The notes under the pieces: generated by a model
Database searches by the model: none
What the model was told of the DNA's origin: nothing
Seen by the model: only the letters and a program-made list of their open reading frames with translations
Position numbers and translations under genes: made by a program
In this document: positions 26,044 through 36,682 of the stretch, piece after piece
Numbering within the stretch: position 1 is the stretch's first letter
Layout: every line of letters begins with the position of its first letter
DNA from: Deltaproteobacteria bacterium
GTDB taxonomy: Bacteria > Myxococcota > Kuafuiibacteriia > Kuafuiibacteriales > Kuafuiibacteriaceae
Assembly: GCA_040218735.1 (NCBI GenBank)
Contig: JAVJQW010000023.1
Span: 384,001-448,000, forward strand
DNA length: 64,000 nt
Direction of reading: 5' to 3'

Positions 26044-28272
26044 TCAGCGGGCGACCAGCCCCACGGCGGTCTCCGGGAGGTCCTGGAGCGAAGGGCGCTG
26101 CAGGAGCACGCCCTCGTCACCGATGGCGTAGATGCTGATCGTGTCGTCGCGACCGTTGAGCACGTACAGGTACGCATCCTCGGTCGTGGCGGCGTCGAGC
26201 GGCCCGTCGCCGGCCTGCGCGCTCCACAGCAACGTCAGCGCGCCGTTCGCGCCGATCGCGTAGGCGGTCACGTTGTCGGAGCGTGTGTTGGTCACGTACG
26301 CGTAGTCGCCGTAGATCGCGACCCAGCAGGGCGCGCTCTGACCGCTCTCGACCGAGGCAGCCATCGTCTCCAGCGAACCCGCCGAGGAGACGCGGTAGCT
26401 GCTCGCCGTGCCCTCCCCCGCGTCGCCGCCGGCCGCCTCGGAGACCACGATTGCGCCGTCGTCGGTGATTGCGAAGCCGAACGGCGTACGGCCGTGCGAC
26501 GTGTGCACCACCGGCGTCCCGGCGAGGCCGTCGGTCACCGCGTACGTCGTGATGTGGTCGGTGCCCTTCTCGGTGAGCACGAGCAACGCGCCTTCGTCGG
26601 CGAAGGAGATCTGCCCCGGGCCGGGGTTCTCGGCGCTCATCGGACGGCTCGAGCCGGGGATGGGCGTGAGCGAGTCACCGTCGATCCGAAGGCCGCTGAT
26701 GTTGGCCCCGTTGTCGTCGTCGCCTGCGTTCGCCACGTAGACCAGGTCGCCGTCCACCGCGACGGACCGCGGCGACACACCACCCGCGCTCGCGGTGTCG
26801 AGGAGCGTGAGGGAGCCGTCCGTCTCGACACGGAGCATCGACACGGTGTGGTCGCCCGCGTTTACCGCGAAGACGAGCCCGTCTGCGTGAACGATCGCGT
26901 TCTGCGAACCGAGGCCACGGCCGCGCCCCACGCCGCCCGACGCGGTCGAGCCGAGGAAGGTGAGACCGCCGTCGATCGCACGGACGTAAGCGAGGATGTC
27001 GTTGCCGGTGTCCGCGTTGGACATCGTGTAGATGGCGCGCGGGCCAGCGGCGACGCCCACCGCGTCCGCGGGGAGGCCGGTGACGGTCGGCAGCGTCTGC
27101 AGCGTCCCGTTCGAGGTGTTGACCGCGTAGATGCTGAACGAGTCGTCGGCCGCGTTGAGGATGTAGAGGAAGTCGTCGGCGACGATCGCGTCGATCGGCG
27201 CGTCGCCCGTGGGCGCCGACCACGTGTACGTCAGCGAACCGTCGGCGCCGATGTCGTAGCCGCTCACGTTGTCGCTCGCGGTGTTCGTCACGTACGCGAA
27301 GCTCCCGGCGAGGACGACCCAGCAAGGGGCGCTCTGCTCGGTGCGCACCGCGGCGGAGACCGCGCTGAGCGTGCCGTCGAGGGTGCCGAGCGCGTAGGTG
27401 CTGGTGGCGCCCGCGTTGTCCGCGCCGCCGAAGGCCTCCGAGACGATGAGGTGACCGTCATCGCTGAACGCGAAGCCGAAGGGCGTCATACCGACGGAGG
27501 CGTGCGTGATGGCGGGGTCCGCGACGCCGTTCACGACCGGGAAGATGTCGATCGAGTCAGTGCCCTTCTCGGTGACGATCAGGCTGCTGCCGTCCGGCGA
27601 GAATTCGATCTGGCCAGGGCCGACGGCCGCCATGCTCAGCGCGCGCGAGGAGCCTTCGATCGGCGCGAGCGCGTCGTTGGTGATCGAGAAGCCAGCGATG
27701 TTCGCGGGGACGGCTTCGTCGCCCGCGTTGACGACGTAGACGAGGTCGCCGCGCGCCGTGATGCTGACGGGCGCGACGCCCTGCGCGTCGACGGTGGAGA
27801 GGGACTCGAGCGTCCCGTCTTCGTGGAGCGCGAGCATCGACACGGTGTCGTCGCCCGCGTTGACGGCGAAGAATCGATCCGTCGCGTCATCGAACACGAG
27901 TCCGCCCTGGCTGCCGAGGCCCATCCCCGAGCCCATGCCGCCGGTGGGGAACGAATCGAGGAACGTGAGCGCGCCGTCTTCGGTCGAGCGTGCGTAGACG
28001 AGGACGGCGTTGCCGGTGGGATCGTTCGAGAGGGTGTAGACGGCGGCGGGTGCGTCCGGTGCTTCGATCACGCCGGCGTCCGTCGTCGTGCCGGCGTCGA
28101 CGATCTCACCTCCGTCACGAACGACACCGCCGTCGCGTGGTGTCTCGATGGTGCGGCGCATGCCGCCGTCGCGCGGCGGGGTGGTGTCGGCGGGCTCCTC
28201 CTCGGCGGCGTTACAGCCGACGAAGGCGAGCGTGAGACAGAGGGAGGTCGAGAGAAGACGTACGGGTGCCAT
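26044..28272 (-). CDS. Lipoprotein with two tandem lactonase-family (6-phosphogluconolactonase-like) beta-propellers
   Basis: Lipobox FVG-C. Two ~330-aa copies, each starting A(V/I)YT(L/M)SN and containing GLGSQ, AVNAGD, PGQI.F, PFGFA and APCWV. Confidence 0.85.
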   Translation of the reverse strand: MAPVRLLSTSLCLTLAFVGCNAAEEEPADTTPPRDGGMRRTIETPRDGGVVRDGGEIVDAGTTTDAGVIEAPDAPAAVYTLSNDPTGNAVLVYARSTEDGALTFLDSFPTGGMGSGMGLGSQGGLVFDDATDRFFAVNAGDDTVSMLALHEDGTLESLSTVDAQGVAPVSITARGDLVYVVNAGDEAVPANIAGFSITNDALAPIEGSSRALSMAAVGPGQIEFSPDGSSLIVTEKGTDSIDIFPVVNGVADPAITHASVGMTPFGFAFSDDGHLIVSEAFGGADNAGATSTYALGTLDGTLSAVSAAVRTEQSAPCWVVLAGSFAYVTNTASDNVSGYDIGADGSLTYTWSAPTGDAPIDAIVADDFLYILNAADDSFSIYAVNTSNGTLQTLPTVTGLPADAVGVAAGPRAIYTMSNADTGNDILAYVRAIDGGLTFLGSTASGGVGRGRGLGSQNAIVHADGLVFAVNAGDHTVSMLRVETDGSLTLLDTASAGGVSPRSVAVDGDLVYVANAGDDDNGANISGLRIDGDSLTPIPGSSRPMSAENPGPGQISFADEGALLVLTEKGTDHITTYAVTDGLAGTPVVHTSHGRTPFGFAITDDGAIVVSEAAGGDAGEGTASSYRVSSAGSLETMAASVESGQSAPCWVAIYGDYAYVTNTRSDNVTAYAIGANGALTLLWSAQAGDGPLDAATTEDAYLYVLNGRDDTISIYAIGDEGVLLQRPSLQDLPETAVGLVAR

Positions 28273-28429
28273 GGGGGCCTTTCTGCGTCCGTCCGCGAGC
28301 GAACGGGTTCGAGGGGGACGGCCGGCGTCGCCGGCGTCGGGGGGTGTACGCGGCCCTAGGCGGGATCGTTACGGTCGCACGAAAAGTGCGTAAGCGTTTT
28401 GTAATCCGGACGGACGTCCGGGGTGCGGA

Positions 28430-30271
28430 TCACACTTCGTCTTCTTCGAGGCGGGCGGTGCGCTTCGGACGCATGTTCGTGCGCAGCTCTTTCTTGCGCA
28501 GCCGAATCGCCTTCGGCGTGACTTCGATCAACTCGTCCTCGTCGATCCATTCAATGGAAGCCTCGAGCCCCATCTTCTTCGGCGTGCTGAGGACGGTGTT
28601 CTCGTCCTTACCCGCCGCGCGGATGTTCGTGAGCTTCTTCTCGCGGCAGGCGTTCACCGGGAGGTCCGCCTCGCGCGAGTGCTCGCCGAGGATCTGCCCC
28701 TCGTAGACGTCGAGGCCGGAGCCGAGGAAGAGCTTGCCGCGCGGCTGCAGGTTGAACAGCGCGTACGGCGTCGTCTTGCCGGCGCGGTCCGAGACGATCG
28801 CGCCGTTCGGACGGCGCGCGACCTTGCCCTGGTACGGCGCCCAGCCGTCGACGAGGCTGTTGAGGATGCCGGTGCCGCGCGTCTCCGTGAGGAACTCCGA
28901 GCGGAAGCCGATCAGCCCGCGCGACGGGATGCGGTACTCCATCTTCACGCGCCCGCCGCCGGCCTGCTTCATCTCCAGCATCTGTCCGCGACGCGGTGCG
29001 AGGCGCTCCGTGACCGTGCCGATGTACGCCTCGGGGACGTCGATCGTGACGCGCTCCATCGGCTCCGACAGCACGCCATCGATCTCCTGCGTCACGACCT
29101 CCGGCTTCGAAAGCTGCAGCTCGTAACCCTCGCGGCGCATCGTCTCGACGAGCACCGAGAGCTGCAGCTCACCGCGGCCCGCGACCTCGAAGACGTCCGG
29201 CGTGTCGCCGTCCTTCACGCGGATCGACACGTTCTGCTGCGCGGCCTTGTACAGGCGCTCGCGCACCTGACGCGACGTCACGTACTTGCCGTCGAGCCCG
29301 GCGAACGGCGAGTCGTTGATGCGGAAGTTCATGCGCAGCGTCGGCGGGTCGACCTCGATGCGCTCCAGCGGCGGCGTCTCGGGATCCGACACGACGGTGT
29401 CGCCGATCTCCACGTCCTCGATCCCCGCCAGCGCGATGATGTCCCCCGCGCCGACCTCGGCGACCTCGGTGCGGCCGAGGCCCTCGAACGCGTACAGCTT
29501 CATCGCCTTCGCGTTCCGCGCCTTGCCATCGCGACCGATGTAGTAGAGCGGCTCGTTCTTCTTGAGGCGCCCCGCGATGACTCGACCGATCGCGATGCGA
29601 CCGACGTAGTCGTCGTACTCGGTGTTCGCGATGAGGATCTGCGTCGGCTCGTCGCGACGATCGATCGGGCCGGGGAGGCGCGCGACGATCTCGTCGAACA
29701 GCGGCTTCAGGTTCTCGGAGGTGTCCTCGAGCTTCTTGCGCGCGACACCGTCGCGGCCGATCGCGTACACGACCGGGAAGTCGAGGATGTCCTCGTGGAC
29801 GTCGAGCTCGATGAAGAGATCGTAGATCTCGTCGAGGACCTCGGCGGGGCGAGCGTCGCCGCGGTCGATCTTGTTGACCACGACGATCGGTTTCAGCCCG
29901 GCCTCGAGCGCCTTCGACAGGACGAAGCGCGTCTGCGGCAGCGGGCCCTCCGCGGCGTCGACGAGCAGCAGCACACCGTCGGCGAGCGTGAGCACACGCT
30001 CGACCTCGCCACCGAAGTCCGCGTGGCCGGGGGTGTCGAGGATGTTCAGCTTGATGTCGCCGTAGTGGATCGCGGTGTTCTTCGCGAGGATGGTGATCCC
30101 GCGTTCGCGCTCCTGGTCGTTGCTGTCCATGACGCGATCCGGGCGCGCCTGGTTGTCGCGGAAGATGCCCGCCTGCGCGAGCATGGCGTCGACGAGCGTC
30201 GTCTTCCCGTGGTCGATGTGGGCGACGATCGCGAAGTTCCGCAGATCGGCGCGGCGATTCTCCTGAGCCAA
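28430..30271 (-). CDS. typA: Translational GTPase TypA/BipA
   Basis: [56 protein letters not shown] start at 30271 with GAGGAG RBS. Confidence 0.97.
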   Translation of the reverse strand: MAQENRRADLRNFAIVAHIDHGKTTLVDAMLAQAGIFRDNQARPDRVMDSNDQERERGITILAKNTAIHYGDIKLNILDTPGHADFGGEVERVLTLADGVLLLVDAAEGPLPQTRFVLSKALEAGLKPIVVVNKIDRGDARPAEVLDEIYDLFIELDVHEDILDFPVVYAIGRDGVARKKLEDTSENLKPLFDEIVARLPGPIDRRDEPTQILIANTEYDDYVGRIAIGRVIAGRLKKNEPLYYIGRDGKARNAKAMKLYAFEGLGRTEVAEVGAGDIIALAGIEDVEIGDTVVSDPETPPLERIEVDPPTLRMNFRINDSPFAGLDGKYVTSRQVRERLYKAAQQNVSIRVKDGDTPDVFEVAGRGELQLSVLVETMRREGYELQLSKPEVVTQEIDGVLSEPMERVTIDVPEAYIGTVTERLAPRRGQMLEMKQAGGGRVKMEYRIPSRGLIGFRSEFLTETRGTGILNSLVDGWAPYQGKVARRPNGAIVSDRAGKTTPYALFNLQPRGKLFLGSGLDVYEGQILGEHSREADLPVNACREKKLTNIRAAGKDENTVLSTPKKMGLEASIEWIDEDELIEVTPKAIRLRKKELRTNMRPKRTARLEEDEV

Positions 30272-30351
30272 AGCGCGCTCCTCATGACGGGGCGCGTCGA
30301 GAGGGTCAAACAAAAACGCTGCGACAGCCCCGAAACCACCCGAGAACAACC

Positions 30352-31119
30352 CTAGAACGGGGAATCTGGAGCGGCTTCATCAGGGTCCGACCGCAGGAAG
30401 AAGGTCGCGTCGATGAGGACGGTCCAGTCGCTCGTGAACGGCCGGAACAGCGCGGCGTCGTCGCCGAGGACCAGGCTGGACGCCAGGACGGTCGCCCGCA
30501 GCTCGCCGAATGCGGCTTTGTGGCGCTCGAGCGTGTACGCGATTCGGCCGCCGAACTGGAGGAGCGCCGCACTCGAGGTCCTCAGGTTCGGGACGCTGAA
30601 CTTCGCGAGCGCGTCGATGGTCAGGTGATCCGTCGTCTGGATCCGAACCTCGGCCGGGACGCGCACGCCGTACTGTGCCGGGGACGCGATGGCGCCGAAG
30701 ACCCCCGGCTCCAGATTCACGGCGAGGAGGGAACCCACGTGCAGCCGCATGGGTACGGACGCCGCGAAGTCGATCGCGTCGTTCACCGGCACCTCGACCT
30801 CGCCCTTCACCGCGAGCTCGAGCTGACTGTCGAGGAGGCGGTAGGTGATGTACCCGCTCGGCGCGTCGATCCCCGAGCTGGGGTCCTCCGAGAGCGTGAG
30901 GCGGATGAGGTTGAGCCCGACCTCCATGTCGTTCGACACGCCGTACCCCGCGCCGAGGAAGATGCCGACGACGGCGGTTTCACCCGCGCGCGTCACGTAG
31001 AGATCGGGTTCGAGGCCGAAGTGATCCTCCAGCAGCGTCACCGGTCGATCGACGGCGCGCACCGGCATCGTGGACGGCGGCGTGCGGTCCGACGCGAGCG
31101 CGGGGCTCGCCAGGAACAA
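30352..31119 (-). CDS. Hypothetical exported beta-strand-rich (probable outer membrane) protein
   Basis: SPALA signal-like end and alternating beta strands. The start position is uncertain. Confidence 0.6.
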   Translation of the reverse strand: MFLASPALASDRTPPSTMPVRAVDRPVTLLEDHFGLEPDLYVTRAGETAVVGIFLGAGYGVSNDMEVGLNLIRLTLSEDPSSGIDAPSGYITYRLLDSQLELAVKGEVEVPVNDAIDFAASVPMRLHVGSLLAVNLEPGVFGAIASPAQYGVRVPAEVRIQTTDHLTIDALAKFSVPNLRTSSAALLQFGGRIAYTLERHKAAFGELRATVLASSLVLGDDAALFRPFTSDWTVLIDATFFLRSDPDEAAPDSPF

Positions 31120-31209
31120 ACCGAGAGCGACGACAGCGAAGCGGATGCCTCCAGCCGACCACCAACCGATCCGCCGCGCAAGTAAACGGCGGTGTTACGC
31201 TGCCGCGCG

Positions 31210-32370
31210 ATGGTCGAACGCCTCCTCTTCTTCGCCGAGCGCTACGCGCCGGACATCGGCGGCCTCGCGGTCAGCGGCACTCGGACGGCACGCGCCCTCG
31301 CGCGCCTCGGCGTACAGGTCGACGTGCTCGCATGGACGAAGACCCTCCCCCCCGGCGCGCTCGAGACCACCGAGACCCCGGACGGACCGACGCTGCACCG
31401 GCTCGGGCTGTTCGCGAGCTGGGACCTGTCGATGCAGCACACGACGAACGTGCTGACCTGGCTCCACGGCGAACGACACTACGACGCCGCGTGGGGGCAC
31501 TACCTTCAGCCGGCTGGGTTCGCCGCCACGATGTTTGCGAAGACCCACCGGCTCCCCGTCGCGGTGAGCGCGCGCGGCAACGACGTCGACCAGATGATGT
31601 TCCCGCCCGGCGACTTCGCGCGGCTGATGTGGACCCTCGAACGCGCCGATGTCCGCACCGCGCCGTCCCGCGATCTCGGTGACAAGATCGACGTGCTCCT
31701 CGGCCGGGACGCGGAGGTGATCGTCGTGCCGAACGCGGTGGACGGCGAGGTCTTCGCACCCGCGTCGCGCGACGACACCCTCGCGGCCGAGCTCGGCGTC
31801 GAACCCGGCGAGCTCGTCCTCGGCTTCTCGGGCGAGCTGCGCCACAAGAAGGGCTTCCCGTTCCTGCTCTCCACACTCGTCGAGGTGCGCACGCAGCGGC
31901 CCGCGTGCCTGCTCGTGGTCGGCGAGGTGCGCGCGCGCGAGCAGCAACACTTGGTCGCCTTCGCGGGCGAGCACCCGGAGGCGGCGGCGCGGATCCTCGT
32001 GACGGGGCACGTGGAAGATCCGGCCGAGGTGTGTCGTCGCGTAAACCTCTTCGACGTGTTCCTGCAGCCCTCGGTCTGGGATGGGCTACCGAACGCGTTG
32101 TTGGAGGCGATGGCCTGCGAGCGGCTCGTCATCGCGAGCGACGCGGGCGGCATCCCGGAGGTGCTGACGAACGAGCAGGACGGCTTCGTCATCCCGCGGC
32201 ACCAGCTGCATCGGCTCGGCGAAGCGGTGCTCGACGTCGTCGCGCTGGACGACGAGCGCAAGACCGCCGTACGCCGCCGAGCGCGCGAACGTGTCCTCGC
32301 GGAGCAGTCGGCGGCGAAGGAGGCGGCGGCGCTGCGGCGCGTGCTCGCGGCGCTGGGTGCTCGGCCGTGA
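31210..32370 (+). CDS. Glycosyltransferase family 4
   Basis: PDIGG, ARGND, PNAVD, KKG, PSVWDGLPNALLEAMAC, SDAGGIPE. Confidence 0.93.
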   Translation: MVERLLFFAERYAPDIGGLAVSGTRTARALARLGVQVDVLAWTKTLPPGALETTETPDGPTLHRLGLFASWDLSMQHTTNVLTWLHGERHYDAAWGHYLQPAGFAATMFAKTHRLPVAVSARGNDVDQMMFPPGDFARLMWTLERADVRTAPSRDLGDKIDVLLGRDAEVIVVPNAVDGEVFAPASRDDTLAAELGVEPGELVLGFSGELRHKKGFPFLLSTLVEVRTQRPACLLVVGEVRAREQQHLVAFAGEHPEAAARILVTGHVEDPAEVCRRVNLFDVFLQPSVWDGLPNALLEAMACERLVIASDAGGIPEVLTNEQDGFVIPRHQLHRLGEAVLDVVALDDERKTAVRRRARERVLAEQSAAKEAAALRRVLAALGARP

Positions 32371-32813
32371 AACCAAAGTTCGCGAGCGCGGAGGTCGCGC
32401 AGGTCTTCGCGGCCGTCCCCGAGGAGGCACGAAAGCGGCTCCTCGAAGTCCGCGCGTTGATCTTCGACGTGGCGGCGCAGACGCCGCAGGTCGGCCCGCT
32501 CGAAGAGGCGCTGCGCTGGGGCGAGCCGAGCTATCTCACGAAGAAGACCAAGTCCGGCACGACGGTGCGCATCCACTGGAAGGCCAAACGTCCGGACGAC
32601 TGCGCCCTTTACGTGAGCTGCCAGACCGACCTCGTCGAAGGGTTCCGGCTACGGCACGCCGGCGCGCTGCGCTTCGAAGGGCAGCGCGCCGTGCTGTTTG
32701 GTGTGGCGGGTCCCCTGCCGGAAGCGGCGCTGCGCGATTGCATTCGGGAGGCGCTGACCTACCACGTCAACCGCGCGCGCGCCGCGAACCGGGTCAGGGG
32801 CAAGTTGCGTTGA
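32367..32813 (+). CDS. DUF1801 (YdhG-like) domain protein
   Basis: LRWGEPSY, GTTVRI, CQTDLV, FEGQRA, CIREALTYH. GTGA overlap with the upstream GT4. Confidence 0.8.
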   Translation: MKPKFASAEVAQVFAAVPEEARKRLLEVRALIFDVAAQTPQVGPLEEALRWGEPSYLTKKTKSGTTVRIHWKAKRPDDCALYVSCQTDLVEGFRLRHAGALRFEGQRAVLFGVAGPLPEAALRDCIREALTYHVNRARAANRVRGKLR

Positions 32814-33327
32814 CGGTCACGGCGTTGGAGGCGTTGTTGCCCTCGTTGCTCTCCGCGACGAGGTCGCCGCCGTCGTCGAACAACCGGAAGTTGATCGTGT
32901 ACGACGTCGGCGGGCAGTCACACGGACCGTTGTAGAACGTGAACGACCCCTGGAGGTTCCGCGTCGCCCCCGCGGCGAGCGCGCCGAGCTGGTTGGACGA
33001 GGTGGGGATCCACGCTCCATTCAGTGGATTCTGCCGCTGAAGGTGGAGGAAGTGCCGACCCGCGTTGCCGTTTCCGATGTTCCGTTCGATCGCCGTGTAG
33101 AAGACGGTCTGGGTCCCGCAACCGAGCGACGCGGGGCCCGTGACGTTGAAGTTCGTGACGATGAGATCCGGGTCGCCGACCGGCTGAGGCTGCGCGACCG
33201 CTTGTGGGGGCGCGGGCTGCGCGGTGAACGAGATGGCCTCCGACGACTCCTGTTGCTCTTCTTCGGGGCCGCCGCAGGCGACCGCGAACACGAGGAGGAA
33301 GACGGACGAATGAATGAGACGGGACAT
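32794..33327 (-). CDS. CARDB/Ig-like domain lipoprotein
   Basis: Lipobox FAVA-C. PDLIV...N.G...LAAG...VAESNEGNN. Confidence 0.85.
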   Translation of the reverse strand: MSRLIHSSVFLLVFAVACGGPEEEQQESSEAISFTAQPAPPQAVAQPQPVGDPDLIVTNFNVTGPASLGCGTQTVFYTAIERNIGNGNAGRHFLHLQRQNPLNGAWIPTSSNQLGALAAGATRNLQGSFTFYNGPCDCPPTSYTINFRLFDDGGDLVAESNEGNNASNAVTVNATCP

Positions 33328-33503
33328 ACTCTTGGACTCCTATCGATGAGTGAAAATCGCGCTTCGTTGCGCGGACCGATGAAGAGCAAGGTGCGCGCCA
33401 GCGACGGACGGCGTGTTCTCGCGTCCGCGCGACCGCGAGTGTCTGGCGAACCTGTCGATGGTGGCGGGCAGACCTGTCGATCCCGTCGGGTCAGAGCGTC
33501 GGT

Positions 33504-34709
33504 TCAGTGCGTCGGGTCGCGGGCGAGTGTTCGTTCGTACGCGGCGACGAGCTGCGCGCCAGCCTTCGGCCAAGTGTAGTGCTGCTCGACGCGTCGCCTC
33601 GCGTTCGCCGCGAGGCGCGGACCGAGCTCGGCGTCCTCCTGAAGTCGAAGCACACCGTCTTTGATCGCCTTCGGCGATCCCGGCCGTACGATGAGCGCTT
33701 CCTTGTCCGGTTCGGCGAGCTGCGTGACGACGGGGAGGTCGGATGCGATGACCGGCGTCCCGCACGCCATCGCCTCGATCAGCTTGAGGGGGCAGCACCC
33801 CTGCTCGAGGTTGCGGTCGTTGGGGAGGAGCGGCACCAGCGCAACGTCGTGCTCGTGGTGGAGCGCGGCGAGCTCGGGCTGATCGACGGGTTCGAGGAGA
33901 TCGACATGGTCGGTCAGCCCGTACGCAGCGCAGGTGGCTTCGATCTTTCTGCGCACGGACTTACGGACCGGACCTACGAGCGTGAGCCGCGCGTCGTCGT
34001 CACGGCGATGGAGACGCAGCGCTTCGATCGCCGCGAAGACCCCCTGCCACGCGGTCATCGTGCCGGTGTAGAGCCAGCGCTTCGGGGCCCCGCGGCGCGC
34101 GCGGAAGGTGAAGCAGTCGAGATCGACGCCATTGGGCACGACTTCGATCCGCGACTCGGGTGCGCCGCGCGCGACGAGGTGCTCCGCGGTGACGGCGCTC
34201 GGCGTCACGAGGAGATCCGCCGCAGCGATGCAGGTCTGCTCTTGCGCGCGCAGCTTGCCGAGGAGCTCGTGGTCGTCGGCGACGTCGGGGTAGTGGTACT
34301 TGAGCTCGATGGACGGGAGGCCGTTCACCTCGTAGACGACGCGACGCGCGAGGGTGCGGCGCTCCTTCGCGATCGGGTAGCCCTCGAAGATGGAGCGGAA
34401 GTGCGCGACGTCGAACGGTCCGTGTTCGCGCCACCAACGCCACAGCTGCGCGCGGAAGTGCTCGACGCGGGCGATGAGGTTCTTGCCGCGGATGTCGAAG
34501 GACCAGTGCACGACGCCACAGGCGCGCTCTCGGGGCTGCGTGGGTCCCGGGATCGCGTTGGGGCCCGCGGCGGGATCGAACGGGGCGATGGTGAGGAGAT
34601 CGACGCGACCGTAGGCGGCGGCAAGCGCGCGCGTGAACGCGTCGATGTGAATCGATGCGCCCTTCGGCGCCCAGAAGCGATCGAAGCTCGCGTACGCGAT
34701 CGACGGCAC
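33504..34709 (-). CDS. Glycosyltransferase family 4
   Basis: YEVNG, VPNGVD, WQG, CPLKLIEAMACGTPVIASD. Confidence 0.93.
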   Translation of the reverse strand: MPSIAYASFDRFWAPKGASIHIDAFTRALAAAYGRVDLLTIAPFDPAAGPNAIPGPTQPRERACGVVHWSFDIRGKNLIARVEHFRAQLWRWWREHGPFDVAHFRSIFEGYPIAKERRTLARRVVYEVNGLPSIELKYHYPDVADDHELLGKLRAQEQTCIAAADLLVTPSAVTAEHLVARGAPESRIEVVPNGVDLDCFTFRARRGAPKRWLYTGTMTAWQGVFAAIEALRLHRRDDDARLTLVGPVRKSVRRKIEATCAAYGLTDHVDLLEPVDQPELAALHHEHDVALVPLLPNDRNLEQGCCPLKLIEAMACGTPVIASDLPVVTQLAEPDKEALIVRPGSPKAIKDGVLRLQEDAELGPRLAANARRRVEQHYTWPKAGAQLVAAYERTLARDPTH

Positions 34710-34772
34710 ACGAGGAGCCTGCCACGAGTGCGTCTTTGACGTGGGTCCAGCGCGCGACTACCCTCCGAGCAC

Positions 34773-35684
34773 GTGGCGTTCGACCCAGCGGAGTTCAAGA
34801 AGACGCTGAAGTACGAGGGGTTGATGTCCCCCGACGAGATGCTCGGCGACATCGCCGCCATCCAGCAGCTCGACAAGGACGCGGAGGCGCGTCGGTCGAC
34901 GTCCGGCAAGGTCGGTGGCTGGAGCCTCGCGCTGGGTTTCATCGGCCTGCTCATCACCGGCGCCACCCTCGACTCCAACGCCGACAACGCTCCGATGATG
35001 TTCCTCGGCTGCTTCGTGCTCCTGGGCATCGGCGCGGCAGCGCTGATCTATCGCGCGACACAAGGCAAGTTCGACACCCAAGACCGGCGCTACCTCCTGC
35101 TCGAGCGAATCCTCCCGCTCCTCTCCACGGACCTCCCCTCGAACGCCAAGTTGCAGGTGCGGATGGATCTGTCGGCGCCGTCGCTGGGCAACAAGGCCGC
35201 CGGCGAAGGCGAGGCGCGCGGCTGGAAGGTGAAGTACTTCGAGGATCCGTGGCTCGCGCTGAGTGGGCAGTTCCTCGACGACACCAAGTTCACGCTCGAG
35301 GCGATGGAGAAGTTCCAGAAGCGCTCGAAGTGGAAGACGTCCGCGTCCGGCAAGATGAAACACAAGACGAAGACGAAGAGCGCGACGCTCCTGTCGCTTC
35401 GGCTCGGCGTCAAGACGAAGCGCTACCCGGCGCTCGCGCGCGTGAGCGACAAACTCGAGAGCGCGGTCCAGCTTCCGAAACAGGCGATGCTCAAACGTGT
35501 CGATGCGAGCGCAAACGGGTTGGCGCTGAAGGTCTTGATCAAGTCGGACTGGGACTGCCCGGCGCACGGGGAGCCGCCGAACGGCGTCGACGGGCGGCAG
35601 CTCGTCGCAAGTCTGTTCATGAGCGCGTACCAGGTGCTCAACCTGGCGAAGGCGGTCGCGAAGGGCCGACCGAGGGTGGTGTGA
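34773..35684 (+). CDS. Hypothetical two-TM membrane protein with basic cytoplasmic domain
   Basis: Two adjacent TM helices. Lys-rich motif KTSASGKMKHKTKTK. First gene of a coupled operon. Confidence 0.75.
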   Translation: MAFDPAEFKKTLKYEGLMSPDEMLGDIAAIQQLDKDAEARRSTSGKVGGWSLALGFIGLLITGATLDSNADNAPMMFLGCFVLLGIGAAALIYRATQGKFDTQDRRYLLLERILPLLSTDLPSNAKLQVRMDLSAPSLGNKAAGEGEARGWKVKYFEDPWLALSGQFLDDTKFTLEAMEKFQKRSKWKTSASGKMKHKTKTKSATLLSLRLGVKTKRYPALARVSDKLESAVQLPKQAMLKRVDASANGLALKVLIKSDWDCPAHGEPPNGVDGRQLVASLFMSAYQVLNLAKAVAKGRPRVV

Positions 35685-36292
35685 TGCGACGTCTGGGGTT
35701 GCTGTCGTTGTGCGCGACGCTGTGCGCGTGTCCTTCCGAGTCGAAGTCCGAAGCACCCGCGCCCGCGGCGTCCGCGTCGGGCGACGTGAAGATCAAGTTC
35801 GAGGACGGCAAGGAGCAACGCGCGTTCTCGCTGAAGATGAAGCCGGACGGCGCGAAGCTCGTGGACGCGAGCGAGAACGAGATCGCGCGCCTGAAGGACA
35901 AGGGCGACAAGACGCTGGTCCGAACACCCGACGACACCGTCGTCGCGATCGTCAAAGACGGCGGCGACAAGGTGAAGGTCGAGTCGCCGGAGGGCGAAGA
36001 GCGCTTTGCGCTGAAGCGCTACGACGACGGGGACTACAAGCTCAAGACCGCGGCGGGCGAGACACTCTTCGTCCTGAAGGTGAAGGACTACGGCTTCAAG
36101 ATCCGCGACGGCGCCGGCAACGACGTCGCGAAGGTGAAGAAGTCCGCCGACAAGGTGAAGCTGAAGAACGCGGCCGGCGAGACGCTGTACGAGACGAAGG
36201 CGGATCTGCCCGCCGTCGCCGTGGCGTGTCTCGCGTTCGAGGGCATGGCGTTGCCGACGCGCGTCGCGTTGATGCACCGCCTGGCGAAGTGA
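35684..36292 (+). CDS. Hypothetical Lys-rich beta-repeat lipoprotein
   Basis: TGATG coupling, lipobox LCA-C, and repeated K(V/L)K...G...(F/Y) hairpin units. Confidence 0.75.
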   Translation: MRRLGLLSLCATLCACPSESKSEAPAPAASASGDVKIKFEDGKEQRAFSLKMKPDGAKLVDASENEIARLKDKGDKTLVRTPDDTVVAIVKDGGDKVKVESPEGEERFALKRYDDGDYKLKTAAGETLFVLKVKDYGFKIRDGAGNDVAKVKKSADKVKLKNAAGETLYETKADLPAVAVACLAFEGMALPTRVALMHRLAK

Positions 36293-36298
36293 CCGACG

Positions 36299-36682
36299 AT
36301 GCGATGTGACGAGAAGGCCGGGTTCCTGTTCTCCCACGACTGCGCGCAGCCCGCGCAGTTCGCGTGCGGGAGCTGCAACAAAAACGTCTGCGAGAAACAC
36401 GCGCACCGGCGAAGCGCGCAGACGTTGTGCACCTCGTGTGTGAAGAAGGCCGAGCGCCACGCGGACCGACACGCCGGCAAGGGCCGCGGGACTCACGTCG
36501 ACGACGATCCGTTCCTCTACACGACCTACTACTACTACGGGTACGGCTACTACGGTCGCGGGAGCTGGGGCTGGGACTCGTACAACGAACACTCGGATGC
36601 GAGTGACTTCACCGAGGCCGACGGCATGAGCCTGATGGCCGCGGGCGACGAAGCCTGGGAACAGGACATGGGCGCGAGTTGA
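36299..36682 (+). CDS. Small protein: B-box-like Zn finger plus Tyr/Gly-rich and acidic tail
   Basis: C..C.K.VC.KH...LC..C pattern; YTTYYYYGYGYYG; DFTEADG...WEQDMGAS. Confidence 0.75.
   Translation: MRCDEKAGFLFSHDCAQPAQFACGSCNKNVCEKHAHRRSAQTLCTSCVKKAERHADRHAGKGRGTHVDDDPFLYTTYYYYGYGYYGRGSWGWDSYNEHSDASDFTEADGMSLMAAGDEAWEQDMGAS

Noticed and set aside
31119-31190. Signal-peptide-like in-frame extension upstream of the 30352-31119 gene with no standard start codon
   Set aside because: It could be a non-canonical start or a sequence error, but the evidence is too thin to call.
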